From: the human T2T-CHM13v2.0 reference genome, Homo sapiens
Strand: one strand, 5' to 3'
Length of the DNA stretch: 64,000 nucleotides
Assembly: GCF_009914755.1 (NCBI RefSeq)
Contig: NC_060929.1
In this document: in pieces, positions 14,184 to 30,310 of the stretch
Layout of the letters: each line of letters starts with the position of its first letter
Numbering within the stretch: position 1 is the stretch's first letter
Position numbers and translations under genes: made by a program
The notes under the pieces: model-generated
Told to the model about the DNA's origin: nothing
Databases searched by the model: none
The model's input: the letters and a program-made list of their open reading frames with translations, nothing else

Positions 14184-15722
14184 AGGCATACATCTTTTTA
14201 TTGCACTTTGTTTATTGTGCTTCACAGATACTGTGTTTTCCAGAAATTGAAGATTTGTGTCAACCCCGCATCATGCACATTTTCAGCAGCATGTGCTCAT
14301 TTTGTGTCTCTGGGGACATTTTCGTAATTCTTACAGTATTTTAAACTTTTTCATGATTATTATATTGATTATGGTGATCTGTGATCTTTGATGTTACTAT
14401 TGTAATTGTTTTGGGACACTACAAACCATGCCTATATAAGATGAGAAACTTAATTGACACATGTTTTTTGTATTTTGACTGCTCCACTGACAGACCGTTA
14501 TCCCTCCCCTCAGGCCTCCCTATTCCCTGAGACACAATAATATTGAAATAAGGCCAATTAATAATCCTACAGTGGCCTCTAAGTGTTCAAATGAAAGGAA
14601 GAATTGCGTGACTCTCAGTAAGTCAAAAGTTAGGAATGATTCAGCTTAGTGAGGAAGGCATGTTGGAAGCTGAGATAGGCTGAAAGCTAAGCCTCTCACA
14701 CCAAACAGCCAAGTTGTGAATGCAAAAAATAATAATTATTATTATTATTGAAGGAAATTAAGTGTATTCCCTGTTACTCCAGGGAATACACAAATGATAA
14801 GAAGGCAAACAGCCTATTGTTGATTAAGGAGAAAGTTTGAGTGGTCTGGATAGACCATCAAACAAGCCACAGCCTTCCCTTAAGTTAAAGCTTAATCCAC
14901 AACAAGACCCTAACACTATTCAGTTGTATAAAGTCTGAGAGAGGGGAGGAAGCTGCAGAAGAAAACTTAGAAGCTAGCAGAGGTTGGTTCCTGAGGTTTA
15001 GGGAAAGAAGCTGTCTCCATAACAGAAAACTACAAGGTGAAGCAGCAAGTCTCCCAGATCTAGCTAAGATAATTGATGAAGGTGGCTACACTAAACAACA
15101 GATTTTCAGTGTAGATAAAACGACTTCCATTGGAAGAAGTTGCCGTCTAGGACATTCATAGCAAGAGAGCAAAAGTCAATGCCTGGCTTCAAAGCTTCAA
15201 AGGACAGGCAGGGTCTCCTGTTAAGGGCTAATGCAGCTGGTGACTTTAAGTTGAAAACAACGTTCCTTTATCATTCCAAAAATCCTAAGGCCCTTAAGAA
15301 TTATGTTAAATCTACTCTTCCTGGGCTTTCCAAATATAACAACAAAGCCTAGATGACAGCATATCTGTTTATACCATGGTTTGCTGAATATTTTAAGGCC
15401 ACTGTTGAGACATACTGCTCAAAATAAAAAGATTCCTTTCAAAATGTTACTGCTCATTGACAAAGCACCTGGGCACCCAGGAGCACTGAAGGAGATGTAC
15501 ATGGAGATGAATGTTTCTTTTATGCCTGTTAACATAACATTCATTCTACAGCCTATGGATCAAGGTGTCATTTTGACTTTCAATTGTTATTATTTGAGAA
15601 ATCATTTTGTGAGGCTATAGCTCCCATAGATTGTTATTTCTCTGATGTATCTGGGCAAAGAAAATTGAAAACCTCTGAAAAGCATTCACCATTCTAGATG
15701 TCATTAAGAACATCTGCAATTC

Positions 15723-16020
15723 GGCGGGGTGCGGTGGCTCACGCCTGTAATCCCAGCACTTTGGGAGGCCGAGGTGGGCAGATCAACTGAGGTTGGGAGT
15801 TCGAGACCAGCCTGACCAACATGGAGAAACCCCGTCTCTACTAAAAATACAAAATTAGCCGGGTGTGATGGCGCATGCCTATAATCCCAGCTACTCTGGA
15901 GGCTGAGGCAGGAGAATCGCTTGAACCCGGTAGGTGGACATGTGGTGAGCTGAGATCGCACCATTGCACTCCAGGCTGGGCAACAAGAGCAAAACTCGGT
16001 TTCAAAAAAAGAAAAGAAAA
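15723..16020 (+). mobile_element. AluSp inside Tigger1
   Basis: CTGACCAACATGGAGAAACCCC diagnostic; TSD AAGAACATCTGCAATTC. Confidence 0.93.
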
Positions 16021-16278
16021 AGAACATCTGCAATTCATGGGAGGTGGGCAAAATATAAACATTCACAGGAGGTTGGAAGAAGTTGATCCAACCCTTATGG
16101 ATACCTTTGAGGGATTCAAGGCTTCAGTGAAGGAAGGAACTGCAGATGTGGTAGAATTAGCAAGATAACTAGAATTAGAAGTGGCACCTGAAGATGTACT
16201 GAATTGCAGCAATCTCTTGGTAATACTTGAACAGATAAGGAGTTGCTTCTCATAGATGAACAAAGAAAGTAGTTTCTT

Positions 16279-16666
<388 letters not shown>

Positions 16667-17389
16667 TTAGAATACTATGTAAACTTAGTTGATAAAGCAG
16701 TGACAGGGTTTGAGAGGCTTGACTCCAATTTTGAAAGAAGTTCTACCATGGTTCACATGTTTTCAAACAGCATCGCATGCTACAGAGAAAACTTTAGTGA
16801 AAGAGTAAATCGATGTGGCAAACTTCATCGTTGCCTTAATTGCCACAGCCAAACCAACCTTCATTAACTACCACCCTGATCAATCAGCAGCCATCAATAT
16901 CAAGGCAAGACTATCCACCAGCAAAAATATTTCATCTCACTGAATGCTCAGCTTAGCATTTTTTTAGCAATAGAGTTTTTTAAATGAAGGTATGTACATT
17001 GGGTTTTTTAAGACAATATGCAATTGCACAGTTCATAGAGTACATTGTAATGTAAACATAACTTTTGTAAGTACTGAGAAGCCAAAAAAATGTGTGTGAC
17101 TCACTTTAGGAAGATATTAGCATTATTGCAGTGCCCTTGAACCAAACCTGTAATATCTCTGAGGTATGCCTGCACATAACCATGGGAAAGAATGCAAAGA
17201 GTGGAATCAGTGAAATTTTTTCTTCTTTCTTTGCAGTCTTTATATTTTCCAAAATTTTCATGATAAACATGTATTATTATAAAACAGAAAAATAAAGTAT
17301 CTCTTATAGCAGATGAAGAAACAAATTAAGAATAAAAACATGCAAAATCATCAATTATTCTTCAGTCTCAGTTAGAAATTGAGCAAATG

Positions 17390-18554
<1,165 letters not shown>

Positions 18555-18871
18555 TTCCTCCTCATCTTTACTGCTTCGCTCTGAGAAAAGGTAGAGCTAC
18601 GCAGAGCAACTCACCATCCACTCATGTCTATTAATAGGACTGCCCTGGGGAGGACTATAGATTTACTAAAGTTAGGCTTAAACTATGCTATAAACTAAGA
18701 TGTACATAAGAGGCACTTTAATTTTAATAGACATAAGCCAAAGGGGTTTATCTGACGTGTTGAAATTTAAGGATGCCTGCAGGTTGGGAGGAAAAAGAAA
18801 AAATTTGCCATCTGAGACCTAGGTAACTATACAATATAGAGGCTTACTTCTTGTTTTGAAAATGGAAATAC

Positions 18872-19207
18872 AGCCAAGTGTGGTGGCTAATGTTAGTAAT
18901 CCCAGCACTTTGAGAGGCCTAGGCAGGAAGACTGCTTGAGCCCAAGAGTTCAAGACCAGCCTGAGCAGTAAGACCCCATCTCTACAAAAAATAAAAATAA
19001 AATAAAATAAAAATTAATTAGATGAGCAGGGTGGCGTGAGCAGGGTGATGTGTGCCTTGTAGTCTCAGCTACTTGGGACGCTAAGGTGGGAAGATCCCTT
19101 GAGCCTAGCAGTTCAAGGTGGCAATGAGCCATGATTGTATCACCTGCACTCCAGCCCGGGCAACAGAGCAATACTTTGTCTCAAAAAAATAAAATAAAAT
19201 AAAATAA
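18872..19207 (+). mobile_element. AluJ
   Basis: GCTTGAGCCCAAGAGTTCAAG; (AAAAT)n linker and tail. Confidence 0.9.
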
Positions 19208-19324
19208 AGGAAGAAAGAAAGAACACACACAAGAAAATGGAGAAGCAATCTACTTTTGTTCAATCTGAGGGAGATGAAAGGAAGTAGGTATTAATGAAAT
19301 AAACCTTAGAAAATGAATCTCGTG

Positions 19325-19617
19325 TGTGGGCACAGTGGCTGATGCCTGTAATCACAGCACTTTAGGAGGCCGAGGCAGGCAGACCATTTGAGGTCAGGAG
19401 TTGGAGACCCGCCTGGCCAACATGGTGAAACCCCCTCTCTACTAAAAATACAAAAAAATAGCTGGGCGTTGTGGTGCATGCCTGTAATCTCAGCTACTCG
19501 GGAGGCTGAGGCAGGAGAATTGCTTTAGCCCGGGAGGTAGAGGTTGCAGTAAGCTGAGATTGCGCCATGCACTCCAGCCTGGGCAACAGAGCAAGACTCT
19601 GTTTCCAAAAGAAAAAA
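19325..19617 (+). mobile_element. AluS
   Basis: Full dimer. Confidence 0.92.
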
Positions 19618-19979
19618 CTGAATCTTGTGACTATGATTGGATGCTCAGCATCTCCCTAGGTAGCACATTCTTTGTTTGAGCAACATGTATTTTGCAAAGT
19701 ATTTGTATTGTGATCAAATTGGAGAACTTCTACCCTCTGGCCTTTCTTGCCCTCTGTAGGACCATATGGAGTAGTCATGAGAGGTAGAAGGCTCTGTGAA
19801 GACCCAGAGTCCCTAACCCCCTGCTTAGGAAGCTGATGCTATGATTTGGCCATGTTCATTGTAGTACCCTCCACTTGAGTCCAACTTTATCCATTTCAAA
19901 ACCTTTAGCACTCTTACCTCATTTAATCCTAACATCATCATCAGATATAAACTGAGCACAGTCTCTTAAGAGATGACTC

Positions 19980-20295
<316 letters not shown>

Positions 20296-21545
20296 TTACA
20301 TGACTTGCCTAAGGACCCACAGCACATAGATGGTAGAGCTTCCAAAACAGATTAAAATCTGATTCTTGGTCCAATTCTCTTTCCACTAAACCCCCCTATT
20401 GATTTTGCAAAGGGGATAAACATGAAGCCAAATAACAGACAACTAGATTTGTTAGGACGATTCACTTTGTTTCAAGTTAAAATTTTCTGTAGTTGTTTGG
20501 ATCCAACATTGAATCCAGTATAAATGAAGCAGGAACTGAGGTAAACTAGGGCACATTTAGGCCTGATGTTATGTGTCAAAATACCATTTGGATCTGTCTA
20601 TTTGAATCTACATTCCAGGATTTTTCACAACAAAGAATAAATAAATAGATGCATTCTTGAGTACAGTGCTTCATGTATTTGGGAGTTTCATTTGGTTATT
20701 TTTTTTTTGTATCCTGATTATTATTCCAAGCTTATCTTTTGATCTGCTAAGATAAGTGCTTTTTTAAAAAAAAGAAATTGCTGTTGAAGGTGCTACTTTA
20801 TTTTGACTTTGAAATGTTACTTTATTCACATTTTCTTGTCTCTCCTACTATATATTTCAGGGTCTTTGAGAAACAACCTTTTCATTTGCAAAATGCCAAT
20901 TACAGGTTTTTAATAAAAAGGGGTGTGGTTGGACTTATTTGTTATTGTAGATTGAGTAAAATCCATTAGTAAATTAAACTGAAATTACTTATTTCACAAA
21001 GGAAGAGACTTATAAATCAAGAAAACCGAGGTTACCATAGCAATCTCTGGCATCTGAAGATTAGAAACGGAGGACTATATTCTACTTTCTAGAAAACACT
21101 TCATTAGAGAAAAGATATATGATATGTCTTGAGGGTGGAATATGACAATAAAAGTAGATCACTGCTTAACAAAAATACTTCATTTTTTCCTCCAACTAAA
21201 AATAATGCAAGTAATTTGAAGCAATTTTTATCATAAATGTGCATAATACTTCTCTCTCTGACACTGTTTGATATTTATTCAATAAGAGGAATGGAGGAGG
21301 ATTGCGTGCTCAGCTGACTATATTTATTAAAAATACCCTAGCTGTAGCAAAAACGTTTTGTGGAAAACTGCGCAAAAGGAATGAAATTGTAGAAAGGCAC
21401 TTTTTAAAAAGCAAGAAGAGAACCAAGCAAAGTCAACTCTGAGGTAGACTTATTGTAGCAATTAATACACAATTGTGTGTTTGTGTGTGTGTGTCTTTGT
21501 GTGATTTCTGGTCTTTTGGCTCATCAAAGATACACCAAATAGACC

Positions 21546-21993
21546 TGCTACAGTGGACATCTGTTGTTTTTGCCTGCCCAGCAGCCATTCCTCCTTTTGG
21601 TAACAGCATTTTAATTTACCTTTGACAAATGACACTTTGCCCAACGTGTATGATCTTTTCATGATATTCGTTCAAGATATCCTGCTCTCCTCTGACCAAA
21701 GGATAGGCACATGACCCTAAACAGGCCAGCCAGACTGTCTCCTGGGCATCTGAATCTTTCATGAATGATACAAGGACAGGAAATGGTTGGCGGGGATCCA
21801 TCTCAACTCTAGCACCATGAAGAGACTGTACTCTGCTTCCTGCAAATTTGATATTCACAGCAGCCCACTTAACGTCTTTTCAGAGGTCTGACTGCTCAGG
21901 TTTTTCTTGTATTCAGATTTATTTATTTATTTTTAATTTGCTTAAGTTAGCCAGAGTTAGTTTCTGTTACTTATAGCCAAGTCCTAACTGATA
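21546..21993 (+). mobile_element. Old ERVL-type solo LTR (LTR33/LTR16-like)
   Basis: CCCAGCAGCCATTCCTCC...GGTAACAGCA...GGCACATGACC...TTGCTTAAGTTAGCCAGAGTTAGTTTCTGTTACTT...CCTAACTGATA. Confidence 0.6.
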
Positions 21994-22437
21994 TTCATGC
22001 CAGTGGGGAAAGAGACACTACAGATTGCTAGTGCATGTATTTTACAATTTTCCATATTATAATTGAGTATTATTTGTGAAGGACTATGACTATGATCCAA
22101 ACATCCCCGTTTTCTAGGGACTGGATCCAGTACTTTTTACTAGGATCTTCCTCCTGAAGGCAACTTCAGTATGATTAAATCTTATTAAATTTGAGATTCA
22201 GGATACATGGGAGGAAGAAAAAGCATGGTGAGTTTTATGACTCAGTAGTCTAATTTGATGAATCCAGTAAAGCTTCAAACTGAAAGGGAGAAAGCACATC
22301 AGTGCTCTGGATACTAAATACCCATGGGAAGGACTTTGTGTACCAAAGACAACAGTGGACAAAGACTCCACAACATGAGGAAGCCTGGCTAAGAAGACAA
22401 ACCTTACTAGTTACCCAAGTATTTTATAGAACTAGGA

Positions 22438-22737
<300 letters not shown>

Positions 22738-22781
22738 AACTAGTATCTTTTATTAAGGCAGTTTAAAAAGAGTTTAGCAGA

Positions 22782-23069
22782 CATCGCAGCATTATTCACA
22801 ATGGCTAAAATAGAGAAGCAACGCGCATCCAGTGACGAATAAATGGATAAGGAAAATGTGTCATATGCATACAGTGTCGTAGTACTCTGGGGAGGGGTAG
22901 ATCAGAAGTTATTGTTTCATGGATGCAGAGTTTCAGTTTCACAAGACGAAAAGAGCTCTGGAGATAGATAGTGGTGGTCATCGTACAACATCATTAATGT
23001 ATTTAATACGACTGAACTGTATACTTAAAAATTATTAAGGTGGTAAATGTTATGTGAATTTTGCCAAAA
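22782..23069 (+). mobile_element. L1MB-like 3' end with internal deletion
   Basis: GCAGCATTATTCACAAT...AAATGGATAAG...CAGAGTTTCAGTTT...ACTGAACTGTATACTTAAAA. Confidence 0.8.
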
Positions 23070-23589
23070 ATTTTTTTTTTAAAAAAGAACTTGGTGGATA
23101 AAAGTAATCAGTTTTATGTGAAGGACATTAAGGCAAGGGCTGTTTCTGTGAGTTGGATATGCAACGCCATACCCTGAGACTCACAGTTTTTATTTTCATT
23201 TTTTTCATAATCCATTTTTGGGAATTTCTTTCACAAGTTAGAGAGATCAGATAAGCCCATTTTTTTCAGATATAAAACATTAGTGTATCCAGTAAATAAC
23301 TTACTCTGAATAACAAAGCTAGTAAGTAGATAAGACTAGTAAAGTCCTTGCTCTTAACAATCTGAATGTCTATACATTTTATAATTTAAAAAATTTCAAA
23401 TTCCATGAGTTTCATAAAATGCATTATACCTTATGTGTATGGCATTATATATATAGTATGGCATACAGTGATTTCTCTCAAAGTCCAAATATAATTTCAG
23501 CCTCAGAAAGATCCTCAACTTTCCTCAGCTCTCCAGATGTTCTGACCTTCATATGCTCCTCTAGAAATAATAGTTAATAGTAATGCTGA

Positions 23590-23850
23590 TAATAACAATA
23601 GTCAGATATTATAGATCACTTGTTATTTCTCAGACTGTGCTAACTCCGGGATATGAATCAATTCATTTAATCCTCACAACAACTTTGCAAAGTAGACATT
23701 ATTATTATTACTGTTATCCTCCTTTTATAGATAAAGAAACTTGAACTTAGAGAAGCAGACGTAACTTGCTCAAAGTAAACTTTCCAGTTACTGAGAGGTA
23801 GAGGTAGGATTCAAACACAGGAAGCTTGACTTCAGACCCTAAAACTTCCA
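23590..23850. mobile_element. MIR
   Basis: TCATTTAATCCTCACAACAAC...TTTTATAGATAAAGAAAC...GTAACTTGCTCAAAG...GGATTCAAACACAGG. Confidence 0.75.
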
Positions 23851-23955
23851 ACACGACTTCTCCACTTTCTAAACTTGAACTCTACTGTTGCTTGGCAGGC
23901 TACATACATCTTTGACTTATCCTTCTCTAAAGGGTGGTGCTAAAAGTGACTGAGA

Positions 23956-24312
<357 letters not shown>

Positions 24313-24574
24313 TCACAACAATAAAAAGAAAGTCAAATTAAATTCTTCCTTAGAAACAGGGTATCATTCTTTCTTTATCTGAATTAGTAGCAGTACCTAA
24401 TTCAAATGTACTGTTCCCACACAATCTCCCAGGCACCTAGCTCTTCTCCTGTTAGTTTTATTTTAAGCCCCAACTAGAATCCATCCTTAGTTAACCTTCC
24501 TAGAGGTTAGTTATTCACTCCTCTGTTCTCCTGAAGAATAGATGATGGCTATAATGGAATTTTTTGGTTATACA

Positions 24575-24706
24575 GCTGACTTCCTCATTAGACTGTAAAT
24601 TATTCTACATTGGACATTCTACTAGATTATTGATCATTCTATTCCCAGAGACTAACACAATGCCTGGCACATGGCAGCACTTAGTAGTAGTGTCAATGAA
24701 TAAATG
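24575..24706 (+). mobile_element. L2 3' end
   Basis: TTAGACTGTAAATT...AACACAATGCCTGGCACATGGCAGCACTTAGTA...TGAATAAATGA. Confidence 0.65.
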
Positions 24707-25467
24707 ATCCAGTGAAGTCTTGATCTGAAATCCAAATTGACCTCTGCTCTGCAAGTACATTTTAAAAAACAGCACTCCTCATATTTCATGTCCTCCCCTT
24801 CCATTGATTTCAATTATTTACATCAGAATTATTTAATCATGTGGCAGATAATTAAGGAATACATTATTTATGTTAAATAAATTAACCCAACATTGCTTCT
24901 CCCCTCTTTCCCCTTGGCTGTGGAGTCTAGATTTCAGGTATCTCAAAACGATCTTTGGCATCTTCTGTGCCCAAGCAGCAGCGCCGCCTTGGTTGCTGGT
25001 TCTGCTGGGTTCTTTGACAAGCTTCCTTTTCAGCACTTGTGCTCCCAATCTCTTTTCTCAATCCTATTGCTGCTATCCCTTGGTTTTTAGTCCTGGTGAC
25101 TGTGTAACCATAGGCAGCCCCTTAACTTGTTTGGGCCTCAGTTTCCTCATCTGTTAATGGCTCACAACGTTGCAGTAAAGACTTAACGAAGTAATGCCTT
25201 GGACTCTTTAGAAATTAAAATGTCAGCTTAATCATTCCATGTTCCAAAATACACTGGTATCCTATTGCATGTCTGTAGGAGGCATCTATATTTACCAGCA
25301 ATAAATCGGGGTTACAAAACTGTGGAATGCTGGAGCTGGAAGCATTTTATCATCATAAACTATTCCAATTTCTCTTTCTCAAACGGCAAAATAGGCACAG
25401 AGTGCATAAGTCATTTTCCAAGCTTATTAAACTATTAATAGTAATGATGAACATTTATTAATGATAA

Positions 25468-25755
<288 letters not shown>

Positions 25756-28449
25756 TGATAACTAATATTTAATGAGTCTTGGTCCATACCAGGCATCATG
25801 CTAAGGGTTTGACATCATGCTAAGGGTCATTCATTGCATTTAATGACCACAGTCTATTGAAAAAAGTATCATTATTCTCATTTGACTGTTCAGGAAACTG
25901 AAGAAACAATGAGGTAGCAAGTGTCAGTGTCACAGTTCAATCCGAGGCTCATCTTAGATCAAGAGCTCAAGTTCTTGTTCATTATGCTAAATTACTTCCC
26001 TCACAGTGTAGTCAGTTAGGGGTAGAGCCCATAGTAGGCACCAGAACCCTGGCCAATTGCTTCCAAGTCAGTGAATCTGTGTGATACCATCTCTTAGCCT
26101 ACCAAACCTTCAGCTGCACCCTCATAAGTGCACAGCCCATCTCAGAAAGAATATCTCCTTGGGGCAGAAGCAGCCACACTAGGTTCCTAATGACTCTTGA
26201 CGGAGCTTTATGGCTGAGCTCTGCCTGTCAGCAGCCATACATCTATTTAGATATCCTCTTAATGTCGACATTTGTGCTCGTGGAGTTTTCCCATTGGTAA
26301 GAGCACTCTCCTTTGCCACCAAATGGTAAATGCTCTCTGAAATATCTGTAACATTTTCACATCTAATGGATGCATCTGAGGACATTGGTTAATAATATAC
26401 ATTGAATCCACAGACAATGGCTATTTCCTGTGATTTAGATGGGCACTTACTTGTGTGGTGTATGACACTCAAAGTGTTCTGTCAGCCCCCAAACAGAGCT
26501 TTTTGATTTCAGATGTCAAAGATAACTGTTGATTCTGGCTCAGCAGTGTTCCATTTTCTGTCCAGTGTTTATGTGGAAGCAGTTGAAGACTTCAGGGAAT
26601 TTATGTAGCATGCCAGCATTTTAGTTCATATGAGCGAAAATGTTGTTGCCCATCTTTGCTGCATGGACTATGTGTTTTATTAAATTTGCAATGATGGTTG
26701 AACATGCTGTGTTGCACAGAAGACAGAGTTTCCCCTAGAGAAGAGATCCTGTGCCTGATCGACAGGGCAGGTGACCACAAGGTCAAGGTTGCTTAGTGGT
26801 ATCGGCCATCTGTTATCTTGGCAAGTATTTGACTGGAGGGCATTAATGTGTTTGTAATTTCCCACTTGATCTGAGAATAGGGTTAAAAAGACATTGTCGC
26901 CATTGGGAGCTGCAGAGCAGATTTGCACCAGCAGTCCACCTCCTGGCTTCCTACCCAGAATGGCACGGGCTGTGCTCAACTTTTATTTTTGGGTCCCCCT
27001 CCCTGACAAGTCATTGAGAGGGCAGCCCATTTTTGTCATGCTGCTTGTAGAGAAAAGCAAAAAGCAGCTCCCATCAGCGGGATTATAATAAACAGATTTT
27101 AAATCACTCTGAAAGGTCTTGATCACTACAAACCTTTCTAAAGTAAAACAGCCAACTCTTCAGTTTTGTTAGAAAGCAATGAAATCTCAATATCTATTTG
27201 GGTGTTCATTTCTCATTGCTCCATCTAGCTAGGAAGTCTGTGCTGAAACAGAGGATTTTGATTAAGCACTTAATATGCAAGGAGACATTTACCTATTGTC
27301 GAGCCTGCAATCTGGGTGAGAACAGAAGTTATAGCTCTAGAGCTTTTGTGGTAAACAGTCAAGTCATTTTCTTATACCTTCATCAATGTAAAATCTTCAA
27401 CAAGTAAAACATTTCAGAGAAAGATCAGCTATAAAATGTCCTCACAGCCAAACTGAAAGCACAGGAGAGCCATACTGACTAACAGGAAACAAGATTTCAA
27501 CATCATAATGAATGCATTGGTGTATCCTGCTAGCTATTGATCTACTGAGTTTAGGCAGCTCTTCCTTTTAAACTATAACAAGGAATAAAAGCAGATGGAG
27601 ACGAAATTCTTAAGCAGACTATAAGTGAATCAAGAAAAATAACATATTTTCAGACTTGGTGTGCTTTAAAAAAGAATAAAGGCACCCAAAAAGATAGGAG
27701 GATTTATCAAGAAGACTCACTGCTGACGTTTAGCTTTTGGCTGGGAACTTCAACTCCCTAGAAATGTTAGTCTAGCAGAGGACCAACATGTGTAAGTTAA
27801 ACTTTCAGAAGAAATCTAAAAACCTCAAAATATTATGAAGATAAATCCAAATCTCTCTCTCCTCATAATTTTTATCTACATCCAAATCATGACTGAAGAC
27901 ACTCAAGCAAATGTGTAGACCTTAAAACTGGCAATGCCTCTGCAAAGGATCTTTCGGCCCAGTTCAAAAGATAGTAGATTTTCTCATCTCAGAGAGATGG
28001 AGAGATTTGGGGATTCTGGTGGGATTTGGAGTGGGGGTGTCTGACTGTTTTGACCATTGTGGATAACACTGCTTTTGACTGATAACAAGAAAATCATTCC
28101 CCTAAATGCCTGCTTTCCTTATATTTCCTAAAATGTATTCAGATATGTAAGGAATCTCCTCTAAATTGTTTTGATAGACCCAAAACGGAATACTATAAAA
28201 GAATTAGCATTCACTTTACATGCCCAATATGAGAATAAACTAATGTAGACATACTGTCAACTAAACCTTCCACCTGGGAAGAAATGCTCTCTTCTGTTCT
28301 TACCATATCAGACTGGTGTTTTCTGAGCTCCAGAGAAGTTTTATAGACTTTTGTTATAGGCCTGGTAAGAAATAACTGACAAAGGTTAGAGAATCACCAA
28401 GTGATCAAAACCAAGTTGCTTTGCCTTTCTAAATATGTTTGCTTAATTA

Positions 28450-30310
28450 CAGAGAAAATTTTTTTGCAATGAATTGTCTTAGTTTTCCTTCATCTGATTT
28501 TTGTTTTTTGTCTTTCATTCCTGAAGGATGCTTTCACTGATATAAAATTCTGAGTTGACAGTACTTATCTTTCATCACTTTAAAAAGGTTTTAAACTTCT
28601 TTCTGGCTTCCATTGTTTTTGAAAATAAATCTGCAGTCATTCAAATCATTGTTTTCCTATAAATGACACATTGTTTTTCAAGATTTTTTTCTTTGTCTTT
28701 AGTTTTCAGTCACTTAATTATGATATTTCTGGGCATGGATTTCTACCCTATTTGGGATTCACTGACCATTTTGAACCGTAGATTTAAGTCTTTCATCAAA
28801 CTTGGGAAATTTTGAGATATTATTTTTTCAAATTATCTTAGTACTGTACCCTTTCTCCTCAGAGAGACAAACGTAAAAATTAACTTATTTTGACACAGAT
28901 TCTGTGGGTTTTTCCAAACTTGTTTTAGCTCTTTGTTTTTCAGTGTGGATACTTCCTATTTTTTTATCTTCAGATTCACTTACTATTTCCTTGGTCATCT
29001 CCATTCTGCATTTAGCTCATCTTGTGAGATTTTACTTCCATTTGTTATATTTTTCAGTTGATTATTCCAATTAATTTTTCTTTTTATCATCTTTTTCTTT
29101 AAGGAGACTTTCTGTCTTCTCAGTTGTTTCCTGTGTGTTTGCACTTGCTTTTTAAAATATATTTATGCTTTAAATTCTTTATCAAATAATTCCAACATTT
29201 TTGTCATCTGGTCATTGCTATCTGATAACTATCTTTTCCCATGTAAGTTAAAATTTTTCTGGCTCTTTGTATATCAGGTAATTTTGGATTAAGTTATGGA
29301 CATTTGAATATTAGGTATGAAGACTCTGAGCCTTGTTAAATATTACAGGGAATATTTATATTTTTGTTTAAGTGCATTAGGTTCAAGCTGCAAGTTACAA
29401 TGTGGCTTCTGTGGGCTATGGCACCAATGCCACTTCAGGGTTCAAACCCTTTGCAGTGCTATTCTGATCTGCTCCACCTATTTGCCACGTAATGGCCATC
29501 CTAGGGTCCGAACAGTGGTCTATCCGTTAGTTAAGCTATCAAATTATTGAATGCACTTACTAGAATCAGTTCCATGGATGCACAGCTATGAGGCGAGTCC
29601 AGCAGTTCATAAAGATATTTATGAGATTACTTTCTCAAACTTCTTCTCCACAATCTCCCCCAATACTTTCTAATTCCCTGAAGTGCCCCTTTTTAGTTCC
29701 CCATCCAGATTCTGGGGCTTTGATAATCTCACTGTTGTGTACTTCTATAATTTTGTCTGTATCCAGGACTAAGTGGTGTGAGGACAGAAAGAGAGGAAAA
29801 AAACATGACAAAATGATGTTCAACCCAACCTCTTGAAACCATAGGTCCACAAAAGGAAGAGGAAAATATTTCCACCCAGGTTTTTGGCTCCTATGCGCTC
29901 CCCTTTCCACCACCTGTATTACTACTACAGGATTGCTTGGGAGGTGGCGTGTGAGAAATGAAGAAAATAATGAAGGAAGAAAAAGGGGGAAGTATATTCT
30001 CTCTCTGAGTGTTGGGAGTTCCCTTTCCCCCTCTTCCAGCTTTAAAGAGACAGTGCTTTTTTCATCTGTACTTCAATGCCCCTTTTGGGAATCAGATTAC
30101 ATTAGAACAGGTTGAGAGGAACCAGAAGAAAAAACCAGCACAATCACTGCTAGTTCAGTACTACTATGAATTCTTGTCTTTTCCCCCAATCTTCTATTTA
30201 TTTTTCAGAGTCTTCAAATAGTTCCTGCAATAATTCTTTCCAGGTTTGATAGCTGTATTCAGTAGAGAGAGAGGATAGAATATGCTTACTTCACCTTATG
30301 TGGCACTGGA
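28450..30310 (-). mobile_element. Ancient L1M 5'/ORF1-region relic
   Basis: T-rich antisense L1 landmarks: TTCATTCCTGAAGGATGCTTTCACTG.TATAAAATTCTGAGTTGACAG, TTCTGGCTTCCATTGTTT, TCATCAAACTTGGGAAATTTT. Confidence 0.7.

Noticed and set aside
25795-25828. Short local duplications (CATCATGCTAAGGGT x2; similar at 8280, 32064, 37011, 38995)
   Set aside because: Ordinary replication-slippage duplications of 10-20 bp inside decayed repeats
26179-27407. Protein-coding exons in the unique island
   Set aside because: Short ORFs on both strands with no recognisable domain and no consistent splice frame
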